Shown piece after piece: positions 48,995 through 58,747 of a DNA stretch of 64,000 bases. How positions within the stretch are numbered: the first letter of the stretch is position 1; the number at the start of each line of letters is the position of its first letter. The DNA is from an uncultured Planctomycetaceae bacterium (lineage in GTDB: Bacteria > Planctomycetota > Planctomycetia > Pirellulales > UBA1268). The DNA is taken from contig CAJXFK010000002.1 of assembly GCA_913052575.1 (NCBI GenBank), positions 1,746 to 65,745 on the forward strand, in the 5' to 3' direction. A model generated the notes under the pieces. The model was given only the letters and a program-made list of their open reading frames with translations, was not told the DNA's origin and did no database searches. Both the position numbers and the translations under genes were made by a program.

Positions 48995-50395
48995 ATGAAC
49001 AATGGAACCGGGTCGAATGTATCGCATCCTGAACCGCTTATCGTCAGTGTCTCTGGGCTTCGTGGAATCGTGGGGAAATCCCTCACAGATGATGTCGCAG
49101 CAGCGTATGCATGCAGCTTTATCGAAACCCTTCCTGCTGGCCCCATTGTAGTCGGGAGGGATGGGCGAGAGTCTGGGCCGGCACTCAAAAAAATAATTTC
49201 CAAAGCGATTACGGCCAGCGGTCGAGATGTGCTCGACTGCGATACTGCTTCAACACCAACAGTAGGCGTTGCTGTTGTTGAGAATAATGCTGCAGGAGGT
49301 ATTCAGATATCAGCCAGCCATAATCCAGCACCCTACAACGGTCTTAAACTTTTCTCTGAGAAAGGCCGTGTCCTTCCAGCTACGGAAGGTGACGCCGTGC
49401 GTTTACGATTTGAAGCAATGCGAAGGACTCCGCCAAAGACACAGAAAGAGTGTGAGCCTGGAAATATTCACTCAATTGAAAGCACTCTGCCACATCTAGA
49501 AAAAGTTCTTGCGATTATCGACGTTGATGCTATCCGTCGCGTGAAACCGAAGGTGTGGATAGATTGTGGTCGTGGAGCAGGAAGTCGCCTGGCCCGACCA
49601 CTCCTTGAGGCACTTGGTTGTGAGGTTACTGTTGTTGGTGAGCCGCCTGACGGCCAGTTTGAGCATGAACCGGAGCCAACAGCGGAAAACCTCATCGAGT
49701 TACTCCCGCAGATACCAGCAGCCGGGGCTGATATTGGTTTCTTCCAAGATCCCGATGCAGACCGACTTGCCATTGCTGACGGCACGGGACGCTATCTGGG
49801 TGAGGAATTAACGCTCGCTCTTGCAGCCGATGCAGTGCTGAAGAAATCTCAAGGCCCGGTTGTCATCAACTGTTCTACAAGTTGCCTGACTGTGAAAATC
49901 GCGGAACAACATGGCTCATCGTGCACACTTTCCGCGGTTGGTGAAGCCAACGTTGTCGACGAGATGCTTCGGAGAAATGCCGTTTTAGGGGGAGAGGGCA
50001 ATGGCGGCGTGATAGACCCCCGTGTCGGCCTTGTCCGAGATTCATTTGTTGCCATGGCACTCATTTTAGAGCGCATGGTAGAGGGTGGAAAACTTACCCC
50101 CCTTGCCGACCTGATTAAAGACTTCCCTCCACTCACCATTAAAAAAACAAAGCTCGTGCTTCCACCTGGATGGTCTCAATCAGATATTACCGAATCCTTT
50201 CATCGTGTTGCTCATGCCTTTCCCCAAGCAACCGTAAGCCGTCTCGATGGTGTACGTGTAGAGTGTGATGATGGCTGGGTGCTGGTACGTGCAAGTAACA
50301 CGGAGCCTATTGTGAGAATCATTGCAGAAGCAACTCATGAACAACGAGCGATATCGATTATTGAGCAAGCAAGAAAAGCGTTACTTGCTCAATAA
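48995..50395 (+). CDS. alpha-D-phosphohexomutase family protein (phosphoglucosamine-mutase-like)
   Basis: It has the active-site loop GGIQISASHNPAPYNGLKLF, the metal loop FQDPDADR and the GEGNGG loop. The start is placed at the ATG at 48995; the track ORF begins at a TTG at 48941. Confidence 0.75.
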   Translation: MNNGTGSNVSHPEPLIVSVSGLRGIVGKSLTDDVAAAYACSFIETLPAGPIVVGRDGRESGPALKKIISKAITASGRDVLDCDTASTPTVGVAVVENNAAGGIQISASHNPAPYNGLKLFSEKGRVLPATEGDAVRLRFEAMRRTPPKTQKECEPGNIHSIESTLPHLEKVLAIIDVDAIRRVKPKVWIDCGRGAGSRLARPLLEALGCEVTVVGEPPDGQFEHEPEPTAENLIELLPQIPAAGADIGFFQDPDADRLAIADGTGRYLGEELTLALAADAVLKKSQGPVVINCSTSCLTVKIAEQHGSSCTLSAVGEANVVDEMLRRNAVLGGEGNGGVIDPRVGLVRDSFVAMALILERMVEGGKLTPLADLIKDFPPLTIKKTKLVLPPGWSQSDITESFHRVAHAFPQATVSRLDGVRVECDDGWVLVRASNTEPIVRIIAEATHEQRAISIIEQARKALLAQ

Positions 50396-50428
50396 TGACT
50401 TTGTGTTGACACTTCAACATATGTCAAT

Positions 50429-51136
50429 CTAGCTTGCTGGAAGATCAATTTTCATGGCACTCATGAGTCGTTTCATATCTTCCCAAACGTCCCGTTTTGC
50501 TGACGGATTATCAAGAAGGTATGAGGGGTGGTATGTGCACATGACACGTACACCTTGATATGTAAACCACTTTTTACGCAGTGTTTCAATCGACTCTGTG
50601 CTTCGTAAAAGAGACTGAGCTGCACTGGTTCCAAGACAGCAGATAAATTCTGGTTTCAATATATGAAAGTGCTGTTGGAAAAAATGTTCATAATTCTTGA
50701 TCTCATGAGCATCATCATGATGTTCTTTGGGGTGTGGTTTCTCAAGACTGTTGAGCACATAGACTTCCTCAGCAGAAAATGCACAGGCGTCAAGAATTTT
50801 TGTGAACAGTGTTTCTGTTTGGCCAGTAAAGAGTGTTCCAGCTTCAACATGAGTCTTTTCCGGCGACACCCCGAAAAAACAAAGGCGAGGATGTTCACCT
50901 CCACCACCGAATACATCCTTAGAAGCAAAAGACACAAGTTGCGAGCACCTATCACACGCCAATACTTCTTTGTGCATGACGTCGAGTAACCGTTTGTACT
51001 CCTCAGAATCAGTTTTCTGCGAGCCAACCAACATATCACTGGTGCGCTGTCCATGACTCATTTGAGGTTTTGGAAGGCTTGTGACACCTGCTAATTCCAG
51101 GCTCTCTAATCGCTGTCGCAATGCCCGTTCTGACAT
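50429..51136 (-). CDS. uracil-DNA glycosylase, family 4/5 type (Fe-S)
   Basis: 235 aa with LACDRCSQL, GGGGEHPRLCFFGVSP, FTGQTETLF and the C-terminal TYHPSYLL motif. Confidence 0.8.
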   Translation of the reverse strand: MSERALRQRLESLELAGVTSLPKPQMSHGQRTSDMLVGSQKTDSEEYKRLLDVMHKEVLACDRCSQLVSFASKDVFGGGGEHPRLCFFGVSPEKTHVEAGTLFTGQTETLFTKILDACAFSAEEVYVLNSLEKPHPKEHHDDAHEIKNYEHFFQQHFHILKPEFICCLGTSAAQSLLRSTESIETLRKKWFTYQGVRVMCTYHPSYLLDNPSAKRDVWEDMKRLMSAMKIDLPAS

Positions 51137-51160
51137 TTCTACACCCTACAGTTACGGGTT

Positions 51161-52660
51161 CTACAACGCTTTACGAAACCGTTTCCGGCCACGCTTTCTT
51201 CCCAGCAGTGACGGAGCTGGCTTTGGTGGTTCGGCATCGACCGATTCACCTGGACCCTGAACGTCTCCGGACTGTTGTCCTCGAGAAGGAGTTGGCCTCG
51301 CCGGCTCTGGATCAATCGCAACGAATCCTGGCACTTCCTTCCTTTCCAGAAGCTTATCAATCCGCATCTCGATACGAGTCAGTTGCGGACCCTCCTCCGG
51401 CGCAACGAATGTATATGCGATGCCCTCACGGCCCATACGCCCTGTTCTGCCAACTCGATGAACGTAGTCATCACAGAACTCGGGGATGTCGTAATTAATG
51501 ATGTGTGAAACGCCTGATACATCAATACCACGACCAACAACATCCGTCGCTACCAAGACCTGTATCTGACCGTCACGGAATTGCCGCATCACTCGATCCC
51601 GCACATTTTGGGCAAGATCACCATGAATGCACGCAACGCTTGTCTTTTCGTTCTTTCTCTGTCGCTGAAGCCGCTCATGAATCTTATCGGTCCCACGTTT
51701 GGTACGACAAAACACAATGGCCTGCCGCGGCTGTTCTTGCTCAAGTACTTTTTCAAGTAACTTAAACTTCCGAGTGGGATCTACCGTAAAATAAAACTGC
51801 TCAATGGTCTCAACAGAAAGTTCATTTATTGAAAAGTCGAGGATCTCAGGATCTCGCATATATCGAGTTGCTAATTTCGCTACAGGCGGAGGAACGGTAG
51901 CGGAAAGAAGCAGCGTCTGTCGGCTCTGAGGGCAGCGACGAAGAATTTTTTCTATATCTGGACGAAACCCGATATCCAGCATGCGGTCCGCTTCATCAAG
52001 TGTCACAAGCTCTAATTCACTCAGTAAAAGTGTACCTCGACTCATATGATCAAGGACTCTCCCCGGTGTTCCAACGACAACTTCAGGGTTCTTCGCAAGC
52101 TTATCGATTTGTCCCTTAATGGGTTTTCCGCCATACACTGCAACGCAGCTTAGTTTCGACCCTGCTGCAAGTTTTTCAAATTCATCACGAACTTGGACGG
52201 CTAATTCACGCGTTGGCACCATGACAAGAGCCCGCACACCGCGACCTCTTCCAGGGCTTTGAGTTAATAATTCAAGTATGGGGAGCACGAACGAAGCAGT
52301 CTTACCGGTACCAGTTCGAGCCTGCCCCAATACATCAACACCTGCGATGGCTCTGGGAATAACACCTGCCTGAACGGGAGTTGGCTGAGAATATCCAGCT
52401 CGAGCCACTGCCTGTAGTGTGGTTGGTGACAGTCCGAGAGTTGCGAATTCTCCACCATCATTTTCAATATCACCAGGAACTGTATGGGTATTTGCAGAGG
52501 ATGGCGTCGATACTTCGTCACGCAGGTCCTCCCTGCCGTCCGTGCCCTGGGACACATTTTCTTCAGCAGGACTACGCCGCCGGCGATGTCGCCGAGGCTG
52601 TTTTTCACTCGTCACTCGGAACCTTCTCTCATGTGAATTGCCCTCTTCATTATTGTGCAA
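51161..52660 (-). CDS. DEAD-box ATP-dependent RNA helicase with Arg-rich N- and C-terminal tails
   Basis: It has the Q motif (FATLGL...PTPVQ), motif I (ARTGTGKT), DEAD (LDEADRM), SAT and HRVGRTGR. The apparent start is a TTG at 52658-52660, with no in-frame ATG before the core (a GTG at aa 15 is an alternative). Confidence 0.88.
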   Translation of the reverse strand: MHNNEEGNSHERRFRVTSEKQPRRHRRRRSPAEENVSQGTDGREDLRDEVSTPSSANTHTVPGDIENDGGEFATLGLSPTTLQAVARAGYSQPTPVQAGVIPRAIAGVDVLGQARTGTGKTASFVLPILELLTQSPGRGRGVRALVMVPTRELAVQVRDEFEKLAAGSKLSCVAVYGGKPIKGQIDKLAKNPEVVVGTPGRVLDHMSRGTLLLSELELVTLDEADRMLDIGFRPDIEKILRRCPQSRQTLLLSATVPPPVAKLATRYMRDPEILDFSINELSVETIEQFYFTVDPTRKFKLLEKVLEQEQPRQAIVFCRTKRGTDKIHERLQRQRKNEKTSVACIHGDLAQNVRDRVMRQFRDGQIQVLVATDVVGRGIDVSGVSHIINYDIPEFCDDYVHRVGRTGRMGREGIAYTFVAPEEGPQLTRIEMRIDKLLERKEVPGFVAIDPEPARPTPSRGQQSGDVQGPGESVDAEPPKPAPSLLGRKRGRKRFRKAL

Positions 52661-52947
52661 GCCACAATGAGCAGCCGGGTTTTACTACACCAAATCTGAA
52701 ATGACGCCCGGTTCCATCCGGGGGACCTTTTCAGCGGGAACAACCAGCTTAGGGAGAGCAAAAAGCTTTAAATCTTTTATTTTTAGAGACGATACCATAC
52801 AAACGAACAGTACGCAATTCGAGCTGCCTGGCCTCTTTTCTCTAGAACTCGGCCATATTGGTAAGCAATACGTCGATGTCTACACAGAATCCGGATTCCG
52901 GACGTCCTACGGGTGATGGCTCCGGATAAGGCCACCTCAACGATCAC

Positions 52948-53826
52948 TTACCGGTCAAAAAACTTTTTGATTGCCCACACTGTAGCTGCCCTTCCGGCAC
53001 GGGCAATGGACCTTGTGAGCGGAATTCGTTTAGGACAAACCGCTACACAATTCTGAGCATTACCGCACATCTGAATCCCACCTCGACCTGTGAGGGCCTG
53101 CATTCGCTCATCTGAATTCATACTACCCGTAGGATGACTATTGAAAAGCACGGCTTGGCTTATGGCATGAGGTCCAAGAAATTGTTCGTCATATGCTGTC
53201 TGCTTTCGTGCGTCAAAGTCGTCGGCAGTTTCTCCTTCACGTTGAACAACTTCAATCTTATTGAATTGGGGACAGGCCTCCATGCAACATCCGCAACTAA
53301 TGCAGGTTGTTAGCGGATACGCATCTTCTTGTTCTTCTGGAGAAATTCGTGGTCCTGGGCCATGATCATATGAATCATCTACTGGCACCCAGGCCTTCAC
53401 ACGTTCAAGTGAATTAAAAATCCTGCCGCGATCAACACTCAGATCACGGACGACTGGAAATTTTGTGAGTGGCCTCAGTTCAATTTCACCAGGCGTCTCC
53501 TCGAAGAGGTTATCAACAAGCGATGAACAGGCCATTCGAGCACGGCCATTAATCAGCATTGCGCAAGATCCGCAAACTTCTTCAAGACACGCACAGTCCC
53601 ATGCGACCGGTGGCACTCTTCGCCCATCCTGGCTCTTGGCAATAGCAGCGATTCTCTGGAGCACACTGATAACGTTCATGTTTGGCTCATAGGGAATTGC
53701 AAATTGCTGCCAGTAGCTTTCCTCACTTGGTGCATCCTGTCGTAAAACACGAACACGAATCTCCTGTGGAACTCGTTTTTCCTCAGGCTCGACCTCAGGG
53801 ATCGTTGATGTAGATGCTGATATCAT
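52948..53826 (-). CDS. sdhB: succinate dehydrogenase / fumarate reductase iron-sulfur subunit
   Basis: 292 aa with Cys clusters for [2Fe-2S] (CACLEEVCGSCAMLINGRARMAC), [4Fe-4S] (CISCGCCMEAC) and [3Fe-4S] (CGNAQNCVAVCP). Confidence 0.9.
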   Translation of the reverse strand: MISASTSTIPEVEPEEKRVPQEIRVRVLRQDAPSEESYWQQFAIPYEPNMNVISVLQRIAAIAKSQDGRRVPPVAWDCACLEEVCGSCAMLINGRARMACSSLVDNLFEETPGEIELRPLTKFPVVRDLSVDRGRIFNSLERVKAWVPVDDSYDHGPGPRISPEEQEDAYPLTTCISCGCCMEACPQFNKIEVVQREGETADDFDARKQTAYDEQFLGPHAISQAVLFNSHPTGSMNSDERMQALTGRGGIQMCGNAQNCVAVCPKRIPLTRSIARAGRAATVWAIKKFFDR

Positions 53827-53862
53827 GGTTGCTCCAAATTATCGATGGATACTACTGTCTGG

Positions 53863-55824
53863 TCACCCGACTGTCACGGGCTCAGTTGCCTTCTCTGATC
53901 GTTCTTTCCAAACCTGTTCTATAACCTCACCGCCCACAAGCCCATAGAGACGGGGCCGTGGTGGAATGAGCGTTGTATCAATATCTTCATATGTGATGAC
54001 CGGGTGCCCATCATCACCATGGACACCAATCGTCGACTTGAGCCACTTCCGGGTATTTTCTTCAAATCGATCACACCAACGCTCTGCTTCTGCTTTTTGT
54101 TCTGCTGGCTCAGTTGCGGCAATACCGGGCATTGAAAAGTCTGGTTTATAGTGAGCCCCACGACATTCGTCCCGAAGCAAAGCACCCTTCAGTATAAGTT
54201 TCGCAAGCGGGAACATATCACCAACTGATTTGGTGAATATGACATTCTGGTTCGTCCAGTTTCCGGTATCAGACAGACTGCAGTGCTCCCAGACATTTTC
54301 TAGCTGACATACTTCATCATACGCCTGAGACAGCTGTTCATTCCGCCGTACAACGGTCGCCGTTCGAGTCATAATATCACCAAGTTGACGATGAATATCA
54401 TACGGATTCGAATCACCAACCGGACGAGACAGAATTGCTTGGTGACGCTCTTCCTGCCTTTTCACCGCCGACACAAAATCAGGACTCGTCTCATCGCGGG
54501 TATTTTTCTTTGCACCAGCAATGACGCCCGAAGCACAGAATAGACCACTGAAGATACACGATAGCAACGAGTTCGCACCAAGTCGATTTGCACCGTGGTA
54601 CTGGTAATCACATTCTCCAATGGCGTACAGACCTGTGATATTTGTCTGCTGATTACGAGGTGACCCTTCTAGCAGACCCCCGGTTTCACTTTTCTCATAA
54701 TCTACCCAGAGCCCACCCATCGAATAATGAACTGCGGGGAAGATTTTCATTGGGGCTTCACGAGGATCAACACCCTGAAATTTTTCATAAATTTCAAGAA
54801 TACCGCCCAGCTTCCGATCAAGTGTTTCCCTTGGAATATGTGTCAGGTCGAGATACACACAAAGGCGATCTTTGTCTACAGACAGACCATCGGTCGTACA
54901 GATATCAAAAATTTCACGGGTTGCGATATCACGGGGCACAAGGTTCCCGTACTCAGGGTATCGCTCTTCGAGAAAATAATATCGTTCAGCTACTGGGATA
55001 TCCTTCGGGTCGCGAGCATCTTGAGCTTTGCGTGGAACCCAGACACGACCACCTTCACCTCGAGCACTTTCGCTCATAAGCCGAAGTTTGTCGGCTCCTG
55101 GAACCGCTGTTGGGTGAACTTGTATAAACTCTGCATTCCCGTATTTCACTCCTGCCTTATAGGCACGGCTCACAGCACTTCCTGTGCAGATCATTGACAT
55201 GGTTGATCGGCCGTAAAGAAGTCCACAGCCGCCCGATGCAAGAATAACGGCGTCTGCTGAAAATGCCTTGAACTTCATGGTTACCATATCCTGGCACACC
55301 GCACCGATGCACCGTCCGTCATCATCCATAACCGGTTCTAAGAAGTCCCAGAACTCCCACTTCTTCACCCGGCCTTCGGCTTCCCAACGACGTACTTGCT
55401 CATCAAGTGAATAAAGAAGTTGCTGCCCTGTTGTTGCACCTGCAAAAGAAGTTCGCTTGTACAGCGTGCCACCAAAACGACGCTGATCTCGAAAGCCCTC
55501 TGGCGTCCTATTAAAAGGCACGCCCAGGCGATCCATCAGATCAATAATGCGAGGCGCCCAATCTGCCATTTCTTTCACAGGAGGCTGGTGTTGCAGAAAA
55601 TCACCACCGTACACCGTGTCATCGAGGTGTTTGTACTCATTGTCACCTTGTTGCCTGGTGACCGCATTCACACTGTTAATTCCACCTTGGGCGCAGACAC
55701 TGTGTGATCTTTTCACCGGAACAAGACTCACAAGGTCAACATGTACGCCAAGTTCAGCTAGACGCATTGTTGCAGAAAGGCCTGCTAAGCCACCGCCGAT
55801 AACAAGGACTCGTGATTGTGTCAT
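53863..55824 (-). CDS. sdhA: succinate dehydrogenase / fumarate reductase flavoprotein subunit
   Basis: 653 aa with the FAD motif VLVIGGGLAGLSA, the covalent-FAD His context RSHSVCAQGGIN and the active-site segment HPTA...SESARGEGG. Confidence 0.92.
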   Translation of the reverse strand: MTQSRVLVIGGGLAGLSATMRLAELGVHVDLVSLVPVKRSHSVCAQGGINSVNAVTRQQGDNEYKHLDDTVYGGDFLQHQPPVKEMADWAPRIIDLMDRLGVPFNRTPEGFRDQRRFGGTLYKRTSFAGATTGQQLLYSLDEQVRRWEAEGRVKKWEFWDFLEPVMDDDGRCIGAVCQDMVTMKFKAFSADAVILASGGCGLLYGRSTMSMICTGSAVSRAYKAGVKYGNAEFIQVHPTAVPGADKLRLMSESARGEGGRVWVPRKAQDARDPKDIPVAERYYFLEERYPEYGNLVPRDIATREIFDICTTDGLSVDKDRLCVYLDLTHIPRETLDRKLGGILEIYEKFQGVDPREAPMKIFPAVHYSMGGLWVDYEKSETGGLLEGSPRNQQTNITGLYAIGECDYQYHGANRLGANSLLSCIFSGLFCASGVIAGAKKNTRDETSPDFVSAVKRQEERHQAILSRPVGDSNPYDIHRQLGDIMTRTATVVRRNEQLSQAYDEVCQLENVWEHCSLSDTGNWTNQNVIFTKSVGDMFPLAKLILKGALLRDECRGAHYKPDFSMPGIAATEPAEQKAEAERWCDRFEENTRKWLKSTIGVHGDDGHPVITYEDIDTTLIPPRPRLYGLVGGEVIEQVWKERSEKATEPVTVG

Positions 55825-55847
55825 GAATTCATCCTTTTTGAACTTTG

Positions 55848-56696
55848 CTATTCTTTGTTCTTAGACGATATGCCTTGTTCATCTGTCGCACCAGACGACA
55901 CTCGGCTCACACTCACAGCGTGAGTGGATTGCTGTGCACTCTCCGCTGAGATACCACCCTCTAAAAGCTGTCTCGCTTTATACATTCGCGTTTCAACTTC
56001 CTTCGCTTTCTCAACATCAATGGACCGCATGCCACCAAGTGCACCAAGGCCAGCGGCACCAAGACCAACACCAACAATAATACTTAGCCAATTCGCTCGC
56101 TGCATTGCAGCCGGGCTTGTCCAAAGACCCCACGTAATACCAATGCTCCATAGGCCATTTGAAAAGTGATAGACCGTTGCGATGATCCCTGTTGCATAAA
56201 GCAGCGTAATGGCAACTGGTTTCAAAGCGACTGCAGCAGAACTCGCTGCGTGATGAGGATCAAACTGCCCCCCACCAAGTGGTGCGCCCATCCAATGAAG
56301 CTGGGTGATGTGCCAAAAAATAAAGACAAATGCGATCATTGCACTTGCTCGTTGCAGGGTGTAGCGAACATTACCCATGTACGAATATGATCCAACGTTT
56401 GGAACTCCTGTCGCAATAATGACAAACCCCATCACCGCATGGAATAACATTGGCAAGAAGATAAAGAGCCATTCAATGGCTGGCAGTAATGGTCCGAGAG
56501 AATGAATAAGATCAACCCGGGCCTGGAACGATGCTGCACCAGCTAACACGGATGAGTTTGTAAGCAGGTGGACAACCAGAAAAGCTCCAACAGGAATAAG
56601 CCCTGCCAAAGAAAAAAGTCGGTACAGTAAAAACTGATGACGACCTAAAAATGAGTCATCTGGAAGGGAAGTTGTCGACACGGTACTCCTCATCAT
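55848..56696 (-). CDS. sdhC: succinate dehydrogenase cytochrome b558-type membrane subunit
   Basis: It has five TM helices with conserved His residues. The segment FLGRHQFLLYRLFSLAGLIPVGAFLVVHLL is typical of single-subunit (type B) anchors. The start is placed at M19 (56694-56696) of the track ORF 55848..56750. Confidence 0.75.
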   Translation of the reverse strand: MMRSTVSTTSLPDDSFLGRHQFLLYRLFSLAGLIPVGAFLVVHLLTNSSVLAGAASFQARVDLIHSLGPLLPAIEWLFIFLPMLFHAVMGFVIIATGVPNVGSYSYMGNVRYTLQRASAMIAFVFIFWHITQLHWMGAPLGGGQFDPHHAASSAAVALKPVAITLLYATGIIATVYHFSNGLWSIGITWGLWTSPAAMQRANWLSIIVGVGLGAAGLGALGGMRSIDVEKAKEVETRMYKARQLLEGGISAESAQQSTHAVSVSRVSSGATDEQGISSKNKE

Positions 56697-56852
56697 GCAT
56701 TTGGCATCCCTGCTACGTTCGGGTGAGCAGATCGATGAATTCCACGACACCAGGCATCAAACGTTGGAAGGATGTCTACTTTATGCCACGGGTGAACAAT
56801 ATTCTGGGCCAACCAGCGTTAGGACCAAGAAATCGTAATTTCGCCCGTGTTT

Positions 56853-56870
56853 CCTATACTTCAGTATAGG
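56853..56870. promoter_or_regulatory. perfect 18-bp palindrome in the sdhC / PAS-GAF-REC divergent intergenic region (candidate operator)
   Basis: CCTATAC-TTCA-GTATAGG, with 7-bp arms and a 4-nt centre. Confidence 0.35.
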
Positions 56871-56974
56871 TCTCGTACCTCTCAGGGCAACGCCCAGCCA
56901 GAGTTTGGCGAGACTCGAGGCTTGGATTTATACTCCTTACAATAAAGAAATCACATTTCACTGGAGATCGCAGG

Positions 56975-58747
56975 GTGTCCAAGCCCAAAATCATTGTCGC
57001 AGGCATCCCCGGTGATCCGTCATCCGCGCCAGAATTTATTGACACGACCGGACTTTTCAATCCAGAAGAGTGTGACTTTGTATCGGTCAGCACACCGGCT
57101 GACATTGTGGCCATGGTCGCCAGTGAGCCAGTGACTGCTGTTCTGCTTGCGGGCCAAATCACAACCAAACCAGAAACCGTTGCAGCCTTGCTTATGGGGC
57201 CAACGATTCTTGAACATTTCCCTGATGGAGTTGCGCTTCTCGACTCCTGTGGTGGTGTTCTGTGGGCAAACGATATTTTAGAATCTTTTTTCAATGGCCG
57301 TGGAGGCCCCTCGGCAAATTTCCTCACAGCCCTTGGAACACCAAACTGGGCACACCCTTCAGGTGACTGTTCCGTGCCAAGTACGTGGCTTGATAATGAG
57401 GCATCGGCAGATAGCGGTGGCCTTGTTCTCCGCATGCCCGACGATCGCTTTCTCCATCTGCAATCTTCGCCACTGTTCTCTGTGCCACCTGCCGGGCTTC
57501 AAGATGCTGGCGAGAAACAACACAACACTCCCGAAGGATCGATAGTCGTTGTGCGTGATGTGACACGGACCATGCTCGAACAACAAAAGCGAGCAGCAAT
57601 TCATCAGGCCGGACAAACACTAGCTGATCTCACGCCAACTGAACTGGCTGACATGACCGTTCAGGAACGCATAGAACTACTCAAAAGTAACATCATTCAT
57701 TATTCGAAAGATCTGCTTAAATTCGATGTCTTAGAAATTCGCCTTCTCGACAGGCAGACAAGCCGTCTTGAGCCACTCCTTGCAGAGGGCATGCAACCGG
57801 AAGCAGAGTCTCGTGTGCTCTTCGCTCGGGAAGAAAACAATGGCGTGACTGGCTATGTAGCCGCAACCGGCAGAAGTTACTTCTGTGACAACACCATCGA
57901 AGACATCCGATTCCTTGAAGGCTGCAAGGGAGCAAAAAGCTCGATTACCGTTCCACTGCTTATGCATACCGAGGTCATTGGAACATTTAACGTTGAGAGC
58001 CCTGAGCCTGGCAGTTTTACAAATACAGATCTTCAGTTCCTTCAAATTTTTGCACAGGACGTAGCGGCTTCCCTCAACACACTCGAATTACTCGTAGCCG
58101 AAAAAGCCAGCACTGCCGCTGAGAGTGTCGAAGCCATTCATGGAGCTGTTGCCTTACCGGTTGACCAACTGCTCAACGACACTGTCAATGTCATGGAGCG
58201 ATACATCGGCCATGACCCTGACGTCGTTGAACGACTGCAACGCATTCTTAAAAATGCCCGTGACATAAAACTTGTGATTCAACGCGTTGGTGAAAAAATG
58301 ACACCAAGCTACGCACAGTCACAGGGCAGAGCGACAGGACAAAGGATGGCTCTTAAAGATCGATCTGTTCTTGTTGTTGATGCAGACGACGAAGTTCGAG
58401 CGGCTGCTCACAACCTGCTTGAACGCCAAGGATGCATTGTGGAAACAGCTCGTGATGGAAATGAAGCAATTTCAATGGTGAGAGCAGTAAAAGAAACATC
58501 CTACGATGCGATCATCGCTGACATTCGACTTCCTGATATGAGCGGATATGAACTTTTGGTCAAGTTACAAGAAATCATTGGGCCGGTTCCCCTGATTCTC
58601 ATGACTGGCTTCGGTTATGACCCGGGTCACTCAATTGTCAAAGCCCGACAAGCAGGAGTAGAACTCGTCCTCTTTAAACCGTTTCGCCTCGACCAGCTTC
58701 TTGAAACCGTGGAACGTTGTGTTCTGAATCGACCCGCAACGTGCTAA
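56975..58747 (+). CDS. multidomain signalling protein: pseudo-receiver/PAS - GAF - helical linker - response-regulator receiver, with no recognisable output domain
   Basis: 590 aa with a GTG start. It has a PAS-like segment (ILEHFPDGVALLDSCGGVLWAND...IVVVRDVTRT), a GAF-like segment (GVTGYVAATGRSYFCDN...ITVPLLMHTEVIGTFNVES) and a C-terminal REC domain (VLVVDADDEV...IIADIRLPDMSGYEL...KPF). Confidence 0.7.
   Translation: MSKPKIIVAGIPGDPSSAPEFIDTTGLFNPEECDFVSVSTPADIVAMVASEPVTAVLLAGQITTKPETVAALLMGPTILEHFPDGVALLDSCGGVLWANDILESFFNGRGGPSANFLTALGTPNWAHPSGDCSVPSTWLDNEASADSGGLVLRMPDDRFLHLQSSPLFSVPPAGLQDAGEKQHNTPEGSIVVVRDVTRTMLEQQKRAAIHQAGQTLADLTPTELADMTVQERIELLKSNIIHYSKDLLKFDVLEIRLLDRQTSRLEPLLAEGMQPEAESRVLFAREENNGVTGYVAATGRSYFCDNTIEDIRFLEGCKGAKSSITVPLLMHTEVIGTFNVESPEPGSFTNTDLQFLQIFAQDVAASLNTLELLVAEKASTAAESVEAIHGAVALPVDQLLNDTVNVMERYIGHDPDVVERLQRILKNARDIKLVIQRVGEKMTPSYAQSQGRATGQRMALKDRSVLVVDADDEVRAAAHNLLERQGCIVETARDGNEAISMVRAVKETSYDAIIADIRLPDMSGYELLVKLQEIIGPVPLILMTGFGYDPGHSIVKARQAGVELVLFKPFRLDQLLETVERCVLNRPATC

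Noticed and set aside
48901-49203. N-terminal 101 codons of the 728-aa track ORF, and the first 18 codons of the ORF at 48941, which would make the two mutase genes overlap by ~260 bp
   Set aside because: The extension peptides have no mutase similarity. Internal Met starts give proteins whose conserved domains begin at normal distances from the N-terminus. A normal 94-bp divergent promoter region then remains.
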